64,000 nucleotides of DNA, from assembly GCF_020745735.1 (NCBI RefSeq), contig NC_083416.1, positions 36,853,131-36,917,130 of the forward strand. Reading direction: 5' to 3'. Below the pieces are notes generated by a model that saw only the letters and a list, made by a program, of their open reading frames with translations, made no database searches and was not told where the DNA came from. Of this stretch, positions 12,622 through 25,002 are shown piece after piece. This stretch comes from Hemiscyllium ocellatum. Its lineage: Eukaryota. Within the stretch, counting starts at the first letter, position 1. Each line of letters starts with the position of its first letter. Both the position numbers and the translations under genes were made by a program.

Positions 12622-14021
12622 CTTAAAAAGAAAACTTGAATTAAACACATTTTTCAGTTATTAAACAAATACATTTGTATAACTTGTCACAACAAAAATG
12701 CTATCTAGGGCATTCCAACAATAATTTTGTGACTATTGCAAATTAACATCACAACAGGGTAATCTACAATATTTCTAAGAGTAAACAATATTTCATTAAT
12801 CTTGGCAGGAAAGTACAGCACCAGAAAGTACAGACGTTTATATGGCCAGTTACAGGAGCAAATTAACTTCATGCTCAACTATCTAATCATTTCTTTCCTT
12901 ACAATATCTGCCCCACAACATCTGTCTTTAACTGAGCTATACAAGATGCTCAAGGTGATTGACAAAGTAGGTGTGGAGATGATGCTATCTGTTGTGGGAC
13001 AATCTAGAATGACAGGCCAGCTTTAGAATAAGGGCTGGTAAATTTAAAATATGGAATTCACTATTCCAGAGTATGGTGTTTTCTGGGACATGAGTAAACT
13101 TATGGAGGAGAAAGACAATTTTAATTAGTAATGGGTTGAACGATCATGGAAAGCAGGTGGGAAAGTGAGGTACAGGCTGAAATTAGATTATCCATGATCA
13201 TTTTGAATAGTGGAGTAGGCTTGAGGAACTAAATTGCCTACTCTAGCTCCTTATGTTTTTAAGGGTCCCAGTTAGCTAGGCTGCTGGCATGTTAAAGTAA
13301 AATTAACAGGAACATCAAAGTGTTCAATTTCTGTTCTGGGTAAAGTTGATTTGTGGCCTATTTCCTCACCCTGCCTGTACTAAAAAAACTAAACATTTAG
13401 CTATGATTCAGGAAATAACCTGCCTCCATGCACAGTACTTGGGAAAAAGAATATCTGCCAATATTACATCTCCTGCTTATCAGTTCCACCTTTTATATCA
13501 GGTAGTTAAATCTAAATGCATCTTCTCTCTTCTGAGCTTCAGTTTAAAATCTGTGCCAATTTCAAATACACAGTATCATCCAATTTTCTGTTCCTAAGGA
13601 ATCTTGATTAAAACTTGATCTAATTATTTCAACCAAAATAAACAACTCCGCACATGCAACCCAGGTTCATAATTTAACATCTCAATTCAATTTAGCTCCC
13701 CAACTCACTTTGTCTCTGCTGCTTGGATATTTTTGTAGTGAGGCAAGATTTGAGCAAATAATTTAGACTGGCACTTAAATGTGGTTTTGAAAGAGAGCTA
13801 CACTCACTGGAGGGTATTTTTTTAAAAAAACATCCAATTTGCAGAGTGCATACAGTAACACCACTCAGTTAGAATACAAATGACTGGAACATACAATATT
13901 CATCTGTCACATAGACAGTATTTTATTTACTCATAGCATAATTATTCCCTTTATTTGAAAATTACTGCATTTACTATGAAGTAATCATCCTACTTTGTCC
14001 ATGATTCTGTAATGCTAAAAT

Positions 14022-14772
14022 AGTCATAGAGATGCACACCATGGAAACAGATCCTTCGGTCCAACCCGTCCATTCTGACCAGATATCCCAACCCAATCTA
14101 GTCCCACAAGCCAGCACCTGGCCCATATCCCTCCAAACCCTTCCTATTCATATACCCATCCAAATGCTTCTTAAATGTTGCAATTGTACCAGCCTCCACC
14201 ACATCCTCTGGCAGCTCATTCCATACATGTACCACCCTCTGCGTGAAAAAGTTGCCCCTTAGATCTCTTTTATATCTTTGCCCTCTCACCATAAACCTAT
14301 GCCCTCTAGTTCTGGACTCCCCAACCCCAGGGAAAAGACTTTGCCTATTTACCCTATCCATGCCCCTCAATCTTGTAAACCTCTATAAGGTCACCCCTCA
14401 GCCTCTGATGCTCCAAGTAAAACAGCCCAGCCTGTTCACCCTCTCCCTGTAGCTCAGATCCTCCAACCCTGGCAACATCCTTGTAAATCTTTTCTGAATC
14501 CTTTCAAGTTTCACAACATCTTTCCGATAGGAAGGGGACTGGAATTGCACATAATATTCCAACAGTGGCCTAACCAATGTCCTGTACAGCCGCAACATGA
14601 CCTCCCAACTCCTGTACTCAATACTCTGACCAATAAAGGATAGCATACCAAACGCCTTCTTGACTATCCTACCTACCTGCGACTCCACTTTCAAGGAGCT
14701 ATGAACCTGTACTCCAAGATCTCTTTTTTTCAGCAACACTCCCTAGGACCTTATCATTAAGTGTATAAGTCC
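14022..14772 (-). mobile_element. CR1 LINE 3' portion
   Basis: RDLGVQVHSSLKV...LYRTLVRPLLEY...RTRGH and an intact CR1 tail. Confidence 0.92.
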
Positions 14773-14896
14773 TGATCTTTTTGCTGCAGGTCCTGCCACA
14801 AGTACTGTCTAACCTCTAATTGGCTCACAGTGGTTAAACATATATTGTCCAAAAAAAAACGAAACTAAATGGTCAGCTAATCTATTTTAGATATCA

Positions 14897-16669
14897 AAGT
14901 TTGTGAGAAGATTTGTAGCTCGGGTGCTCATTGTTGTGGTTCCGTTGTTCTGGTTGTCAGTTCCAACTGTCTGTTGCAGATACCAACACCTACCAAAAGA
15001 GGGAGTTTGACCCCACCCCACAGCTCACGAATAGGATAAACAACACACTGAGGAACCTACAAAAAAAAACACGGACAGATAACCAGGTTTGACCTACAAA
15101 GAATGAAACCTGAAAGCAACAATACCCCCAGATTCTTTGGACTACCTAAAGTGCACAAACCAGACATCCCACTCAGACCCATAGTATCACTACCAGGGAC
15201 ACCATCACACAAACTGGCTAAAAGAACTATAGCAGAAACTGAAACACCTGATCAGCAGATCCAGACACTCTATACAATCAACACAGGAATTCTTGGACAT
15301 CATCAGAAATATACACATAGACAAGGAAGAAATCATGGTCTCATTCGATGTAACGGCACTGTTCACCTCTATCGACAAAACCTTAGCCAGGGAAACAATT
15401 GCCAACCTGCTGGACATACAGAACAGACAACAGGACGTTGAACCTATCAACAAAGACTGCATACTCAAACTACTGGACCTGTGCCTCACAACACACTTCA
15501 CATTTAACAACCAAATATATGAACAAATCAACGGCACACCCATGGGCTCACCCATCTCTGGACTCATTGCAGAAGCGGTAATGCAAAGATTAGAACAAAC
15601 AGTCTTACCGCAAACTCAACCCAAACTCTGGGTCAGATATGTGGATGACACCTTTGTAATCATTAAAAACACAGAAATAGAGAACACACACCGGGTCATC
15701 AACGCCACTCACAGGAATCCAATTCACTAGAGAGGAAGAAAAGGACAACCAACTCCCATTCCTAGACGTGATGGTACAGAGAACACCTAACGGAGAATTC
15801 ACCACAAAGGTATACAGGAAAGCCACACACAGACCAAGTCCTGAACTACGAAAGCAACCACCCCAACACACACAAAAAATGTTGCATCAAGACACTATTC
15901 AAAAGGGCCACAACACACTGCAGTACACCAGAACTGCAAAAAGAGGAAGAAGAACACCTATACAATGTATTCACCAAAAACGGATACCCACGCAATTTCA
16001 TCAACAGATGCCTAAGGGAAAGACAACGGAACGAGGACATGCCGCAACCCAAAGAACTAGCCACACTACCATACATTAAAAGCATTTCCGAACGGATAGC
16101 CAGACTACTGCGACCACTAGGACTCATAACAGCACACAAACCAACAGCCACTCTCAGACAACAACTCATCAGAACGAAGGACCCGATACCCAGCATGAGC
16201 AAAACCAATGTAGCGTACAAACTCCCATGCAAGGACTGCACAAAACACTACATAGGACAAACAGGAAGACAGCTAATGATCCGCATCCATGAACACCAAC
16301 TAGCCACGAAACAACGCAACCAGCTATCCTTAGTAGCCACACGCACAGATGACAAGCAACATGAATTCAACTGGGACAATACTACTATTATAGGACAAGC
16401 CAAACAGAGAACAGCCAGGGAATTCCTAGAGGCATGGCACTCATCCACAGATTCAATCAATAAGCACATCGACCTGGACCCAATATACCGACCAATGCAG
16501 CAGACAGCTGGAACTGACAACCGGAAGCGGCAGATTCAAACCACTATAAACGCCGGAGGAAACAACACAGAAGGCTTCACATGAGGATCCCAAGCACGGA
16601 GGATGTCACCTAGATAGGGGATGAAACGTCTGCAACACAAATTCCCAGCTCGGCGAATAGAACCACAAC
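14897..16669 (+). mobile_element. Penelope/Poseidon-type PLE (RT + GIY-YIG), 5'-truncated and frameshifted
   Basis: FFGLPKVHK..LRPIVS, SFDVTALFTSI, GTPMGSPIS, RYVDD, YKLPC..YIGQTGR. Inverted pLTR pieces at the left end; 13-bp TSD ATTTTAGATATCA (14884-14896 / 16670-16682); mutated hammerhead at 16597-16630. Confidence 0.93.
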
Positions 16670-16834
16670 ATTTTAGATATCATTTACAGAACATTTGTTT
16701 ATGGCTGACATGAACTCCTGTAACAGTGTTTACATGTCCTGCATTCCTTTTACCCAACCCCATAGTGTACATATCCCTTTAGTCCCTTTATTAAATGCTC
16801 AATGCCTTCTCAATAATGGTTAGGATACGAGAGA

Positions 16835-17005
16835 TTCACCTGGTTCATTAAAGTCGTTGAGGAATGTAAATTTGTACATAACAAGTCTAGGCTTCTTTTG
16901 ACTCCAGACCCACAGCACTGTGGATACCTCTTAACTACATTCTGGGCAATCAGGTACGGACAATAAAGGGTTGTCTAGGCAGCAACGCGTCCAGGCCATG
17001 AACAA
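16835..17005 (+). mobile_element. Degenerate Deu-domain SINE (SacSINE1/AmnSINE-like) 3' part
   Basis: ctggttcattaaagtc...gactccagacccacagcactgtgg..ctcttaact..ctgggcaat resembles the Deu domain and tail as I recall them. Confidence 0.55.
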
Positions 17006-17431
17006 GTTTAGATCAGGAGCTGTATGAGCAGAAGTAGACCATTTGGCCGATCGTATCTACTCCGCCCTTCCCTAAGATCCTGGCTGTTCTGATAATCCTC
17101 AACTCCACTGCCATGACTTTCCCCCGAAATTCTCGATTTTCTTGCTGATTAAAAATCCGTCTCTCACTCACTGGAAAATCCCCTACTCTTCTGTACCACC
17201 TGATTCAAACATGGCACCTCCAGCAACGTGACACCAGTTCATTGAGAGAAACAGGCGGCTACTCAACACACAAAAGAGAAAAAAAAACAAAAAAAAGGTA
17301 AAAGCTCAATAAAATGAAACCAACGCCCGGTGGTAATTTTTCATAAACTATCACCATCCATTTTAGAATCAGAGCGATTGAAGGGTTTCTGCGGGAGGAG
17401 AAGCCCGAGCCCCGGCCTCTCCTACACTCAC

Positions 17432-17538
17432 CACTCGATCCGCGGAGCCGCTTTCTTCTGCATCCTTCGTTTGAGTCTTTTCCGATTGATATTATAATTG
17501 AACTTCTTCCTCCTGTTTTTCCCTTTTGCGTTCGGCAT
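17432..17538 (-). CDS. NOP16: NOP16 nucleolar protein, coding exon 1
   Basis: Manual translation MPNAKGKNRRKKFNYNINRKRLKRRMQKKAAPRIE(C) matches the NOP16 N-terminus (MPKAKGKTRRQKF...AAPRIEC). 107 nt, ends at a GTGAGT donor in phase 2. Not in the ORF track. Confidence 0.95.
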
Positions 17539-17539
17539 C

Positions 17540-18102
17540 TTTCAAAAGCGATCCACACTAACCCAGCAACACGCGTCTCACACGCCACCTGAACCCTGAC
17601 CCTTGTCCTCTGACCCTGTCCACGTCCTGAATACCGCTTTATCAAAATGAGAAACTATTTCTGTTAGTAATTTGATCATTACTCTTCGATGCTATTTTTG
17701 ATAAAATAATTTAGTGATAAGACGGTATGAAGACATAACAAACCTCACTTTTTGAAATGTTTGATTATCGGTTAATTTTAACTGTCAATCACAGGCTGAG
17801 ACCCCGCCCTTTAATACCCTTGGTGGGTATTACCTGTCAATCACAGGTAAGGGTTCCAACTGCTAATAGCTAATCGCGGGCCGAGGCTCCGCCCTTTAAT
17901 GCGGTTGGTGTGTACTAACCGTCAATCACAGGCTGAGGCCAGCCCTTTGGAAGGTTCCGTTCGCTAACTGTCAATCACATATGGAGCCCACCTCCGTTTA
18001 GAGTGACGATGTTGGCGTATGCTAATCGTCAGACGGGGGCCCGGACGCCATTGTGTTTCCGGTCATATGACCTTATTCCCGGCTGTGAGAAAGGATCTCG
18101 GG
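17540..18102. promoter_or_regulatory. Bidirectional promoter NOP16/HIGD2A
   Basis: Divergent start codons at 17538 (-) and 18103 (+). CpG-rich, with GC boxes (CCGCCC) and four CTGTCAATCA-type decamers at 17782, 17834, 17919 and 17968. Confidence 0.85.
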
Positions 18103-18247
18103 ATGAAGTCGTTTGCTGCAGCCTCGGTGCTCGATTTAACGAAGCCTCCGGATATTGAGGGTTTTACCCCATTATCCAAACCCAAGGAGGAAGGTTTTCA
18201 AGAGAAGTTCATCAGGAAAACGAAAGAAAACCCGTTCGTTCCAATCG
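18103..18247 (+). CDS. HIGD2A: HIG1 domain family member 2A, coding exon 1
   Basis: MKSFAAASVLDLTKPPDIEGFTP...GFQEKFIRKTKENPFVPI(G); GTGAGT donor. In-frame upstream ATGs at 18019 and 18067 make the start choice uncertain. Confidence 0.9.
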
Positions 18248-18504
18248 GTGAGTAAAGCGTCCGTTAGAGCATGGAGTCGAGCTGAAAGTGATTGAATCAA
18301 GATTCATTTAGAATGGAATTCATCTTGGATCCCTTTTAAACTACACTTGATGGGACATATAAAACTGAAATTGTTTGCTTAAGTACTGCTCATTATGTGT
18401 AGTGTTTAAATTTCTATGTCCCTCATACCATTCAATTTGTAAACACAAGTTAACTTTGGAACCTTTTAAAATATGCGAGTGTCTTTTACTGTATACTGAT
18501 CGCA

Positions 18505-20280
18505 GAAAATGGGGGAGATATTAAATGAATATTTTTGCATCAGTACTTACTGTGGAAAAGGATATGGAAGATATAGCCTGCAGGGAAATAGATGGTGTCC
18601 AGATTACAGAGGAGAAAGTGCTGAATGTCTTGAAATGCGTAAAGGTGGATAAATCCCCAGGACCTGATCAGGTGTACCTGAGAACTCTGTGGGAAGCTAG
18701 AGAAGTGATTTCTGGGCCTCTTGCTGAGATATTTGTATCATCGATAGTCAAGGTGAGGTGCTGGAAGACTGGAGGTTGGCAAACATGGCGCCACTGTTTA
18801 AAAAGGGTGGTAACGACAAGCCAGGGAACTATAGACCAATGAGCCTGACCTCCGGTGATGGGAAAGTTGTTGGAGGGAATCCTGAGGGACATGAGCCTGA
18901 CCTCCGGTGATGGGAAAGTTGTTGGAGGGAATCCTGAGGGACAGGACGTACACATATTTGGAAAGGTTGGGACTGATTAGGAATCGTCAACATGGCTTTG
19001 TGCGTGAGAAAACATGCCTCACAAACTTGATTGTTACATTTTTTAAAAAACTCAGAGGACTGATGAGGGCAGAGCGGTAGATGTGATCTATATGGACTTC
19101 AGTAAGGCATTCAACAATGTTTCCCATGGGAGACTGATTGATTGATTGATTCGCAAGGTTAGATCTCATGGAATATAGAGAGAACCAGCCATTTGGATAC
19201 AGAACTGGCTCAAAGGTAGAAGACAGAGGGTCATGATGGAGAGTTGTATTTCAGACTGGAGGCCTGTGACCAGTGGAGTGCCACAAGGATTGGTGCTGGG
19301 TCCTGTACTTTGTGTCATCAACATAAATGATTTGGATGTGAGCATAAGAGGTATAGTTAGTAAGTTTGCCAATGACACCAAAATTGGAGGTGCAGTGGAC
19401 AGCAAAGAGGGTTACCTCAGATTACAACAGGATCTCGACCAGATGGGCCAATGGGCTGAGAAGTGGCAGATGGAGCTTAATTGTGATAAATGTGAGGTGT
19501 TACATTTTGGGAAAGTAAATCTTAGCAGGACTTATACACTTAATGGTAAGGGCCTAGGGAATGTTGCTGAACAAAGACATCTTGGAGTGCAGGTTCATAG
19601 CTCCATGAAAGTGGAGTCGCAGGTAGATAGGATAGTGAAGAAGGTATTTGGTATGATTTCCTTTATTGTTCAGAGTATTGAGTACAGGAGTTGGGAGGTC
19701 ATGTTGCGGCTGTATAGGACATTGGCTAGGCCACTGTTGGAATATTGTGTGCAATTCCGGTCTCTTTCCTATTGGAAAGATGTTGTGAAACTTGAAAGGG
19801 TTCAGAAAAAATTTACAAGGATGTTGCCAGGGTTGGAGGATTTGAGCTATGGGGAGAGGCTGAACAGGCTGGGGCTGTTTTCCCTGGAGCGTCGGAGGCT
19901 GAGGGGTGACCTTATAGAGATTTACAAAATTGAGGGGCATGGATAACGTAAATAGACAAAGTCTTTTCCCTGGGCCGGGGAGTCCAGAACTAGAGCACAT
20001 AGGTTTAGGGTGAGGGGGTAGACATAAAAGAGACCTAAGGGGCAACTGTTTCATACAGAGGGTGGTACAGGTATGGAATGAGCTGCCAGAGGATGTAATG
20101 GAGGCTGGTACAATTGAAACATTTAAAAGGCATTTGGATGGGTATATGAATAGGATGGGTTTGGAGGGATATGGGCCAAGTGCTGTCAGGTAGGACTAGA
20201 TTGGGTTGGGATATCTGGTCAGCATGGACGGGTTGGACCGAAGGGTATGTTTCCATGCTGTAGGTCTCTATGACTCTATA
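18505..20280 (+). mobile_element. CR1 LINE, 5'-truncated, in HIGD2A intron
   Basis: 237-aa RT ORF at 19233-19946 (SGVPQG, KFANDTK) and a CR1 3' tail. Confidence 0.93.
18839..18942 (+). repeat. 52-bp tandem duplication inside CR1
   Basis: ATGAGCCTGACCTCCGGTGATGGGAAAGTTGTTGGAGGGAATCCTGAGGGAC occurs twice in tandem. Confidence 0.9.
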
Positions 20281-20369
20281 CTGTAAATCTTTTCATTGTG
20301 ATAAAAAGATTACAAAGGTCATTCATGCAGGTACTGCTACAAGGAATAAAATTATTATGTAAATTGAAA

Positions 20370-20570
20370 CAAGATTTTGCGGATGCTAGAGAGCTGTAAT
20401 AAAACCAAAAATGTTGTAGAAACTCAGCATGTTTGGCAACACCTATAAACAGAAACATTTAACATTGAGTTATATGACTCTTTGGAACTTCTAAATAAGA
20501 GTCTTATTGCACTTGAAACATTCTGTTTATCTCATCACATATGCTACCAGACTTGCAGAATTTCTTCAGT
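20370..20570. mobile_element. Old degenerate palindromic pLTR-type element
   Basis: gatgct..aaactcagc..aaca arm and its inverted counterpart, same architecture as the younger palindromes. Confidence 0.45.
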
Positions 20571-21187
20571 TTAATAAATCAAAGAATTGCAGTTGCTAAA
20601 CATCTGGAACAAAAACAAATTACTGTAGAATCTCAGTAGATCTGACAGCATCAGTGAGAAAGAAGTTTGTTATTGTCATTTTAGCTATGTGACTGATATT
20701 ACTGATTTGAGGTTTTGACTTATATCACATTGGTTAGCTTAATCAGAATGGTCTCAAATACAGTATTGCCACTTATCCAGATACTACTAAAGTTATTTTG
20801 TGATGGTTTTCAGTTTTGTTGAGCAATAAAGAAAATAGTAACATGTGAACGATACTTGTAGAGGTCAAATTCAGATTTTGGTGTCTTATTACTGCACAAT
20901 GCCAATCTTATAAAGCCTCTAGAACAACGCAGATTCATTACATCTTAAGACAGATTGTTCAGTGTGTTATGTCTAATCTTGGACTCCTTACAACCAATTA
21001 GCTAGTCCCACTCCACTACATCCTCCAGTTTTATTTTCAGATGATAATATTTTCCCTTTGAAATCATGGTTGAATCTGTTACAACCAGATTGTCAAGAAG
21101 TCATCTGGATCCTAACTACTTTTTTTTGTGTGTCACATCTAGTTCTTTTGTCAGTCACCTTAAGTTGGTGTTCTTAATTCCTCTGAA

Positions 21188-22240
21188 GGTCTCCCTGCTA
21201 TAGAAAGGATGTTGTAAATCTCTTCCAAGTTTCACAAGAATGTTGCCAGGGTTGGAGGGTTTGAGCTGTAGGGAGAGGCTGAATAGACTGGGGCTATTGT
21301 TTCTGGATTATTGAAGACTGAGCGATGACCTTTTAGAGGTTTATAAGATCATGAGGGGCATGAATAGGGTGAATAGCCATGGTCTTTTTCCCCAGGGTAG
21401 TGGAGTCCAAAACTAGAGGGTGTAGTTTTAAGCTGGGAGGGAAAAGATTTAAAAAGGACCTAAGGGGGAACTTTTTCACACAGAAGGTAGTGTTTGTATG
21501 GAATGAGCTGAGGAAGTCAGTCAAAGAGGTCCAACACGGAAACAGACCCTTTGGTCCAACGCGACCATACTGACCAGATATCCTAAATTAATCTAGTCCC
21601 ATTTGCCAGCACTTGGCCCATATCCTTCTCAACCCTTCCTATTCATTTACGCATCCAGATTCCTTTTAAATGTTGTAATTTTACCAGACTCCTCCACTTC
21701 CTCTTGCAACTCCTTTCCATACAGGCACCACCCTCTGTGAAGAAGTTGCTCCTTGGGTCCCTTTTAAACTTTTCATCCCTTACGCTAAACCTATGCCCTC
21801 TAGACTTGGATTCTCCCACTCCCAGGAGGGGAAAAAAAATCTTTTACCTTATGCATGCTCCTCATGATTTCCTATAAGATCACCATTTAGTCTCTGCTCC
21901 AGGAATAACAGCCCTAGCCTCTATCTAAAGCTCAAATCCTCCAACCCTGGCAACATCTTATTAAATCTTTTCTGAATCATTGCAAGTTTCACAACATCCT
22001 TCTCATAGAGAGACCAGATTTGCACACACCTATGTTCCAAAAGTGACCTCACCAAAGTGGTGAAGGCTGTTACAATTACAATATTTAAAAGGCATCTGGA
22101 TGGGTATATGAATAGGAAAAGTTTAGAAGGATTATGGGCAAAATGCTGGCAAATTGGACTAGATTAATTTTGGATATCTGGTCAGCAGGGATGAATTGGA
22201 CCAGAGTCTGCTTCCATGCTGTACAGCTCTGACTCTATAA
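21188..22240. mobile_element. CR1 3' end (+) interrupted by an oppositely oriented CR1 3' end (~21515-22050, -)
   Basis: The + copy breaks after ggaatgagctg and resumes at gtggtgaaggctg; reverse-complement CR1 sequence lies between. Confidence 0.8.
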
Positions 22241-22289
22241 AACAGTTTCTTACTAATCCATTTAAAAAAAAACAGATAGAGATAAGGTT

Positions 22290-23930
22290 ACATGGGTTGT
22301 AATTTTCCAAAATTCTTTGGCTTCTGGAGAAAGTATCAGAATATTGACAGTTTTCCAATGTGATATGCCTATTCAAAAAGGGAGGAGGCAAAAACTGGTA
22401 ACTATCAGCCATTTAGCCTACCATCATGGTGGCTCAGTGGCTAGCACTGCTGTCTCGCAGCGCCGCCAGGGATCCGGGTTCGAATCCTGCCTCGGGCGGA
22501 CTGTCTGTGTGGAGTTTGCACATTCTCCCAGTATCTGTGTGGATTTCCTCTGGGTGCTCTGGTTTCCTACCACAATCCGAAGATGTGCAGGTCAAGTGAG
22601 TTGGTTATGATAAATTATCCATAATGTTAGTCAGAGGTAAGTATAGGTAAGGTATATGGGTCAGTGTGGACTTGTTGGGCTGAATGGCCTGTTTGCATAC
22701 TGTAGGGAATCTAATAATAATTGATTCCAACATTTTTCCAACAAAATTAAGTTTTTGCAGTACATTTGGAAAATTATAATCCAAATAAGCAGAGTCAGCG
22801 TGGCTTCACGAAAAGGAAATCATGTCTGACTAATTTGTCAGTTTGTTTTTTTTTTAAGTCTCAATCAGAGCGGATCGAAGGGAACCAATGAATGTGTTGT
22901 ACTGAGTTCCAAAAGGCATTTGACAGAGTACCACCCGAAAGGTCAATTCATTAGAGCCCACAGAGTTGGGCATTGGCACAGATTTGAGAATTAGCTCATG
23001 GACAGGATGAGATTAGAGGTTCTCTAATCTAATGGATGGAGATTAGAGGTTCTTTTTCACGTTGGCAATCTGTAACCAGTGGGGTTCCCAAAGGATCAGT
23101 TTTGAGTGTGCACCTGTTCAGAGATATTGGTGATTGGTTAAGTAAGTGGGCAACAAGTAGACAAGTACCACATAATGTGGGGAAATGTGAAGTTGTTCAC
23201 TTTGGAAAGGATAACAAAAGAAAAATATTAAATAAAAATTGCAAAAAGCTGCAACACAAAGCGATTCTGGTACTTTAGCACACAGCTGCAGCAGGTTACA
23301 TGCACGTTTTCTGAAGGCAAATGGAATTGACCCCTATTTCAAGGGGATTAGAGTAGTGAAGTCTTCCTGCACAAATGCTGATGAGACCACGTCTGGAGTA
23401 CTGAAATTAGTTTTGGTCCCCTTTTAAGGAAAAATATCAATTCATTGGAGGGAGTTCAGAGACTGGGATCATCCTAATGAATACTGTTATAAAGAGACTG
23501 TCTTACGAGCAAAGGGTGAACAGTTGGTACTCGTTACAATTAAGAAGAATGAGAGGTGATCTCATTGAAACTTTGGATTTTTAAGAGGCTTATGAAGGTA
23601 GTGCTGACGAGATGTTTTCGCAGATGGGTCTAGGACCAGAGGGCATTGTCTCAGAATGAAGGGGTGCCAGTTTAAGACTGGGGTGAGGAATTTCTTGGTT
23701 TGAGTGTTTTAGGAACTCCTTCCCACAGAGCTGTGGGGAGAGAGTCCTCGTGTATAATTTTAAGTTGAGATAGCTAGATTGTTGATAAACAGATAAATTG
23801 AGCATTACAGGGAAAACTAGGGGAAGGGTGGACGTAAGCAATGTCTGACCTGTGATCGTATTGAATAGAGGAACAGACTCATGAAGCTGAATGGTCTATT
23901 TCTGTTGCTATTTCTTATGGTCTTATTAAC
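22290..23930 (+). mobile_element. Degenerate CR1-clade LINE (second family)
   Basis: FQKAFD, WQSVTSGVPKGSVL and KCEVVHFG motifs. Confidence 0.75.
22425..22720 (+). mobile_element. HE1-like tRNA-derived V-SINE
   Basis: A box tggctcagtgg, B box ggttcgaatcc, V-domain, tail gggaatctaat. Confidence 0.9.
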
Positions 23931-24723
23931 TCAGCCAGGACTCGCTCATTAATTTGAACAATACTGTTGAATCTTCCAAATTTCTCCAAGGAAAACGGTG
24001 GCAATCTTTTCAATCTATGCATGTCACCTAAATACTTCAAATCTTGAAACATTTTTAGAACTTTTCTGTAACCTACGTAGCTTCATATCCTCCAATATAA
24101 TGCCCAGAACTTCACGCTACTCCATTTGAAGTTGTTATAAAAATGTGCCTTAAATTCTGTGCTTTTATACTGTGCATATATTTAAAAAATACTTAGCATT
24201 CCACGTCTTTATGTCTAACCACTGCCACAACCTGCCATGTTCAACTGTGTAAGTACGTACACACATTCTCCCCACTTCCTCAGCATCTTCTAGAATTACA
24301 GTACAGTATATCCTTTACAATGCCATATTGTTCCTCCTTCCAAAATCCATTTCCTCATATTTCTCTGCAGCACACTTATGAGCTGCTCTCCTCTTGCACC
24401 CATGTCTTATCTATTACAAATCTCCTCCTCCCAATACAAAGTTTTCAGTCACTTGCAAGTTTTGAAATTGTGCCTGTACACTCAAATCTTGGTGATTAAT
24501 ATAGACCAACCTTCCGCCCAGGTGGAAAACAATCATTCATTCTAAAACGTTGTATTGGACTTGAAACACTGTTTCTTTCTCCATGGATGTTTCCAAAACT
24601 GTTTCTCTAGGTACTTTTTGCAAAGATTAATTCACCAGTTTTCTGTAATTCGGCCAACTTCCTATCCATACTACTAATGCCACTTTTATTTAATAGTTTG
24701 AGCTTTGTTGACAAGCCTGTTAT

Positions 24724-25002
24724 ATTTTTGATTTAGAGATGCCGGTGTTGGACTGGGGTGTACAAAGTTAAAAATTGCACAACACCAGGTTATAATCCAA
24801 TGAAGGGTTTGGAGGGATATGGGCCGGGTGCTGGCAGGTGGGACTAGATTGGGTTGGGATATCTGGTCGGCATGGATGTGTTGGACCGAAGGGTCTGTTT
24901 CCATGCTGTACGTCTCTATGACCTGATGAAGGAGCGGTGCTGTGAAAGCTAGTGCTTCCAATTAAACCTGTTGGACTATAACCTGGTGTTTTGAAAGTTT
25001 TT
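24724..25002 (+). mobile_element. Palindromic PLE pLTR (family A) containing a CR1 3'-end fragment
   Basis: Inverted arm with tail to ~24800, CR1 tail 24802-24921, hammerhead 24923-24951. TSD AAG(C/A)CTGTTAT at 24713-24723 / 25003-25013. Confidence 0.85.

Noticed and set aside
17259-17645. 128-aa minus-strand ORF
   Set aside because: Alternative frame across NOP16 exon 1; the homologous frame starts at 17538.
17775-17995. Repeat-spacer pattern resembling a CRISPR array
   Set aside because: Eukaryotic promoter; repeats are ~12 bp, spacers are related to each other, and there are no cas genes.
22425-22500. tRNA-like sequence with A and B boxes (also ~33780, ~52300, ~60410, ~63570)
   Set aside because: These are SINE heads followed by a V-domain and tail, not tRNA genes.
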